A DNA stretch of 64,000 bases, taken from the NCBI GenBank assembly GCA_950097015.1, contig CATNEN010000005.1, positions 4,092,001 through 4,156,000 on the forward strand, written 5' to 3'. Position 1 is the first letter of the stretch; every line of letters starts with the position of its first letter. This document shows positions 63,320-64,000 of this stretch, piece by piece. This stretch comes from Macrostomum hystrix (taxonomy: Eukaryota > Animalia > Platyhelminthes). Made by a program: the position numbers and the translations under genes. The notes under the pieces were generated by a model that made no database searches, was not told where the DNA came from, and worked only from the letters and a program-made list of their open reading frames with translations.

Positions 63320-64000
63320 AATATCCCACAGTTATTCTTAGGTTTTATCCCTAAAATCCCGGAAATGCCACAGTTATTCTTAGGTTTATCCCAAAAATCC
63401 CGGAAATGCCACAGTTATTCTTAGGTTTATCCCTAAAATCCCGGAAATGCCACAGTTATTCTTAGGTTTATCCCTAATATCCCGGAAATACTACAGTTAT
63501 TCTGTGTTTTATCCCTAATATCCCGAAAATACCACAGTTATTCTTAGCTTTTATCCCTAAAATCCCGGAAATACCACAGTTATTCTTAGGTTTTAACCCT
63601 AAAATCCCGGAAATACCACAGTTATTCTTAGGTTTTAACCCTAAAATCCCGGAAATACTACAGTTATTCTGTGTTTTATCCCTAATATCCCGAAAATACC
63701 ACAGTTATTCTTAGCTTTTATCCCTAAAATCCCGGAAATACCACAGTTATTCTTAGGTTTTAACCCTAAAATCCCGGAAATACCACAGTTATTCTTAGGT
63801 TTTAACCCTAAAATCCCGGAAATACCACAGTTATTCTTAGGTTTTATCCCTAAAATCCCGGAAATACCACCGTTATTCTTAGGTTTATCCCTAAAATCCC
63901 GGAAATGCCACAGTTATTCTTAGGTTTATCCCTAATATCCCGGAAATACCACAGTTATTCTTAGCTTTTATCCCTAAAATCCCGGAAATACCATAGTTAT
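63320..64000. repeat. 41-42-bp minisatellite (cacagttattcttaggttttatccctaaaatcccggaaatac), runs off the window end
   Basis: About 16 units. Confidence 0.92.

Overview
Eukaryotic (metazoan) genomic DNA. It is gene-dense, with GT-AG introns that are frequently filled by minisatellites. It is most likely a free-living flatworm such as Macrostomum lignano; this is inferred from a 25-nt match to the Macrostomum spliced-leader sequence as I recall it and from the minisatellite-packed introns. I assembled eleven spliced protein-coding genes by hand, with reading-frame-consistent exon phases. They are: a bacterial/fungal-type tyrosine phosphatase (Y_phosphatase3-like, minus), CMTR1 cap1 methyltransferase (+), a TIR-domain adaptor with a C-terminal RHIM-like motif (TRIF/TICAM-like, +), a DUF4807/F58A4.6-like gene (+), TP53BP1 (+), SMOC/Pentagone (minus), CFAP99 (minus), two tandem clan-2-like cytochrome P450 paralogues (+), calcyphosine-like CAPSL (minus) and a 5'-incomplete NCKAP5-like gene (minus). 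Repeats include two tRNA-derived SINE families, hAT-type non-autonomous elements and more than 20 minisatellite arrays; most long ORFs in the supplied track are artefacts of these arrays. The most interesting leads are the TRIF-like TIR+RHIM adaptor, an HDV-ribozyme-like P3/L3 core inside one SINE family, an orphan spliced-leader fragment, a gene that may get its start codon from the spliced leader, an intron-containing bacterial-type phosphatase, and a hAT element that carries a minisatellite. No database search or folding computation was run; family calls come from motif recognition.
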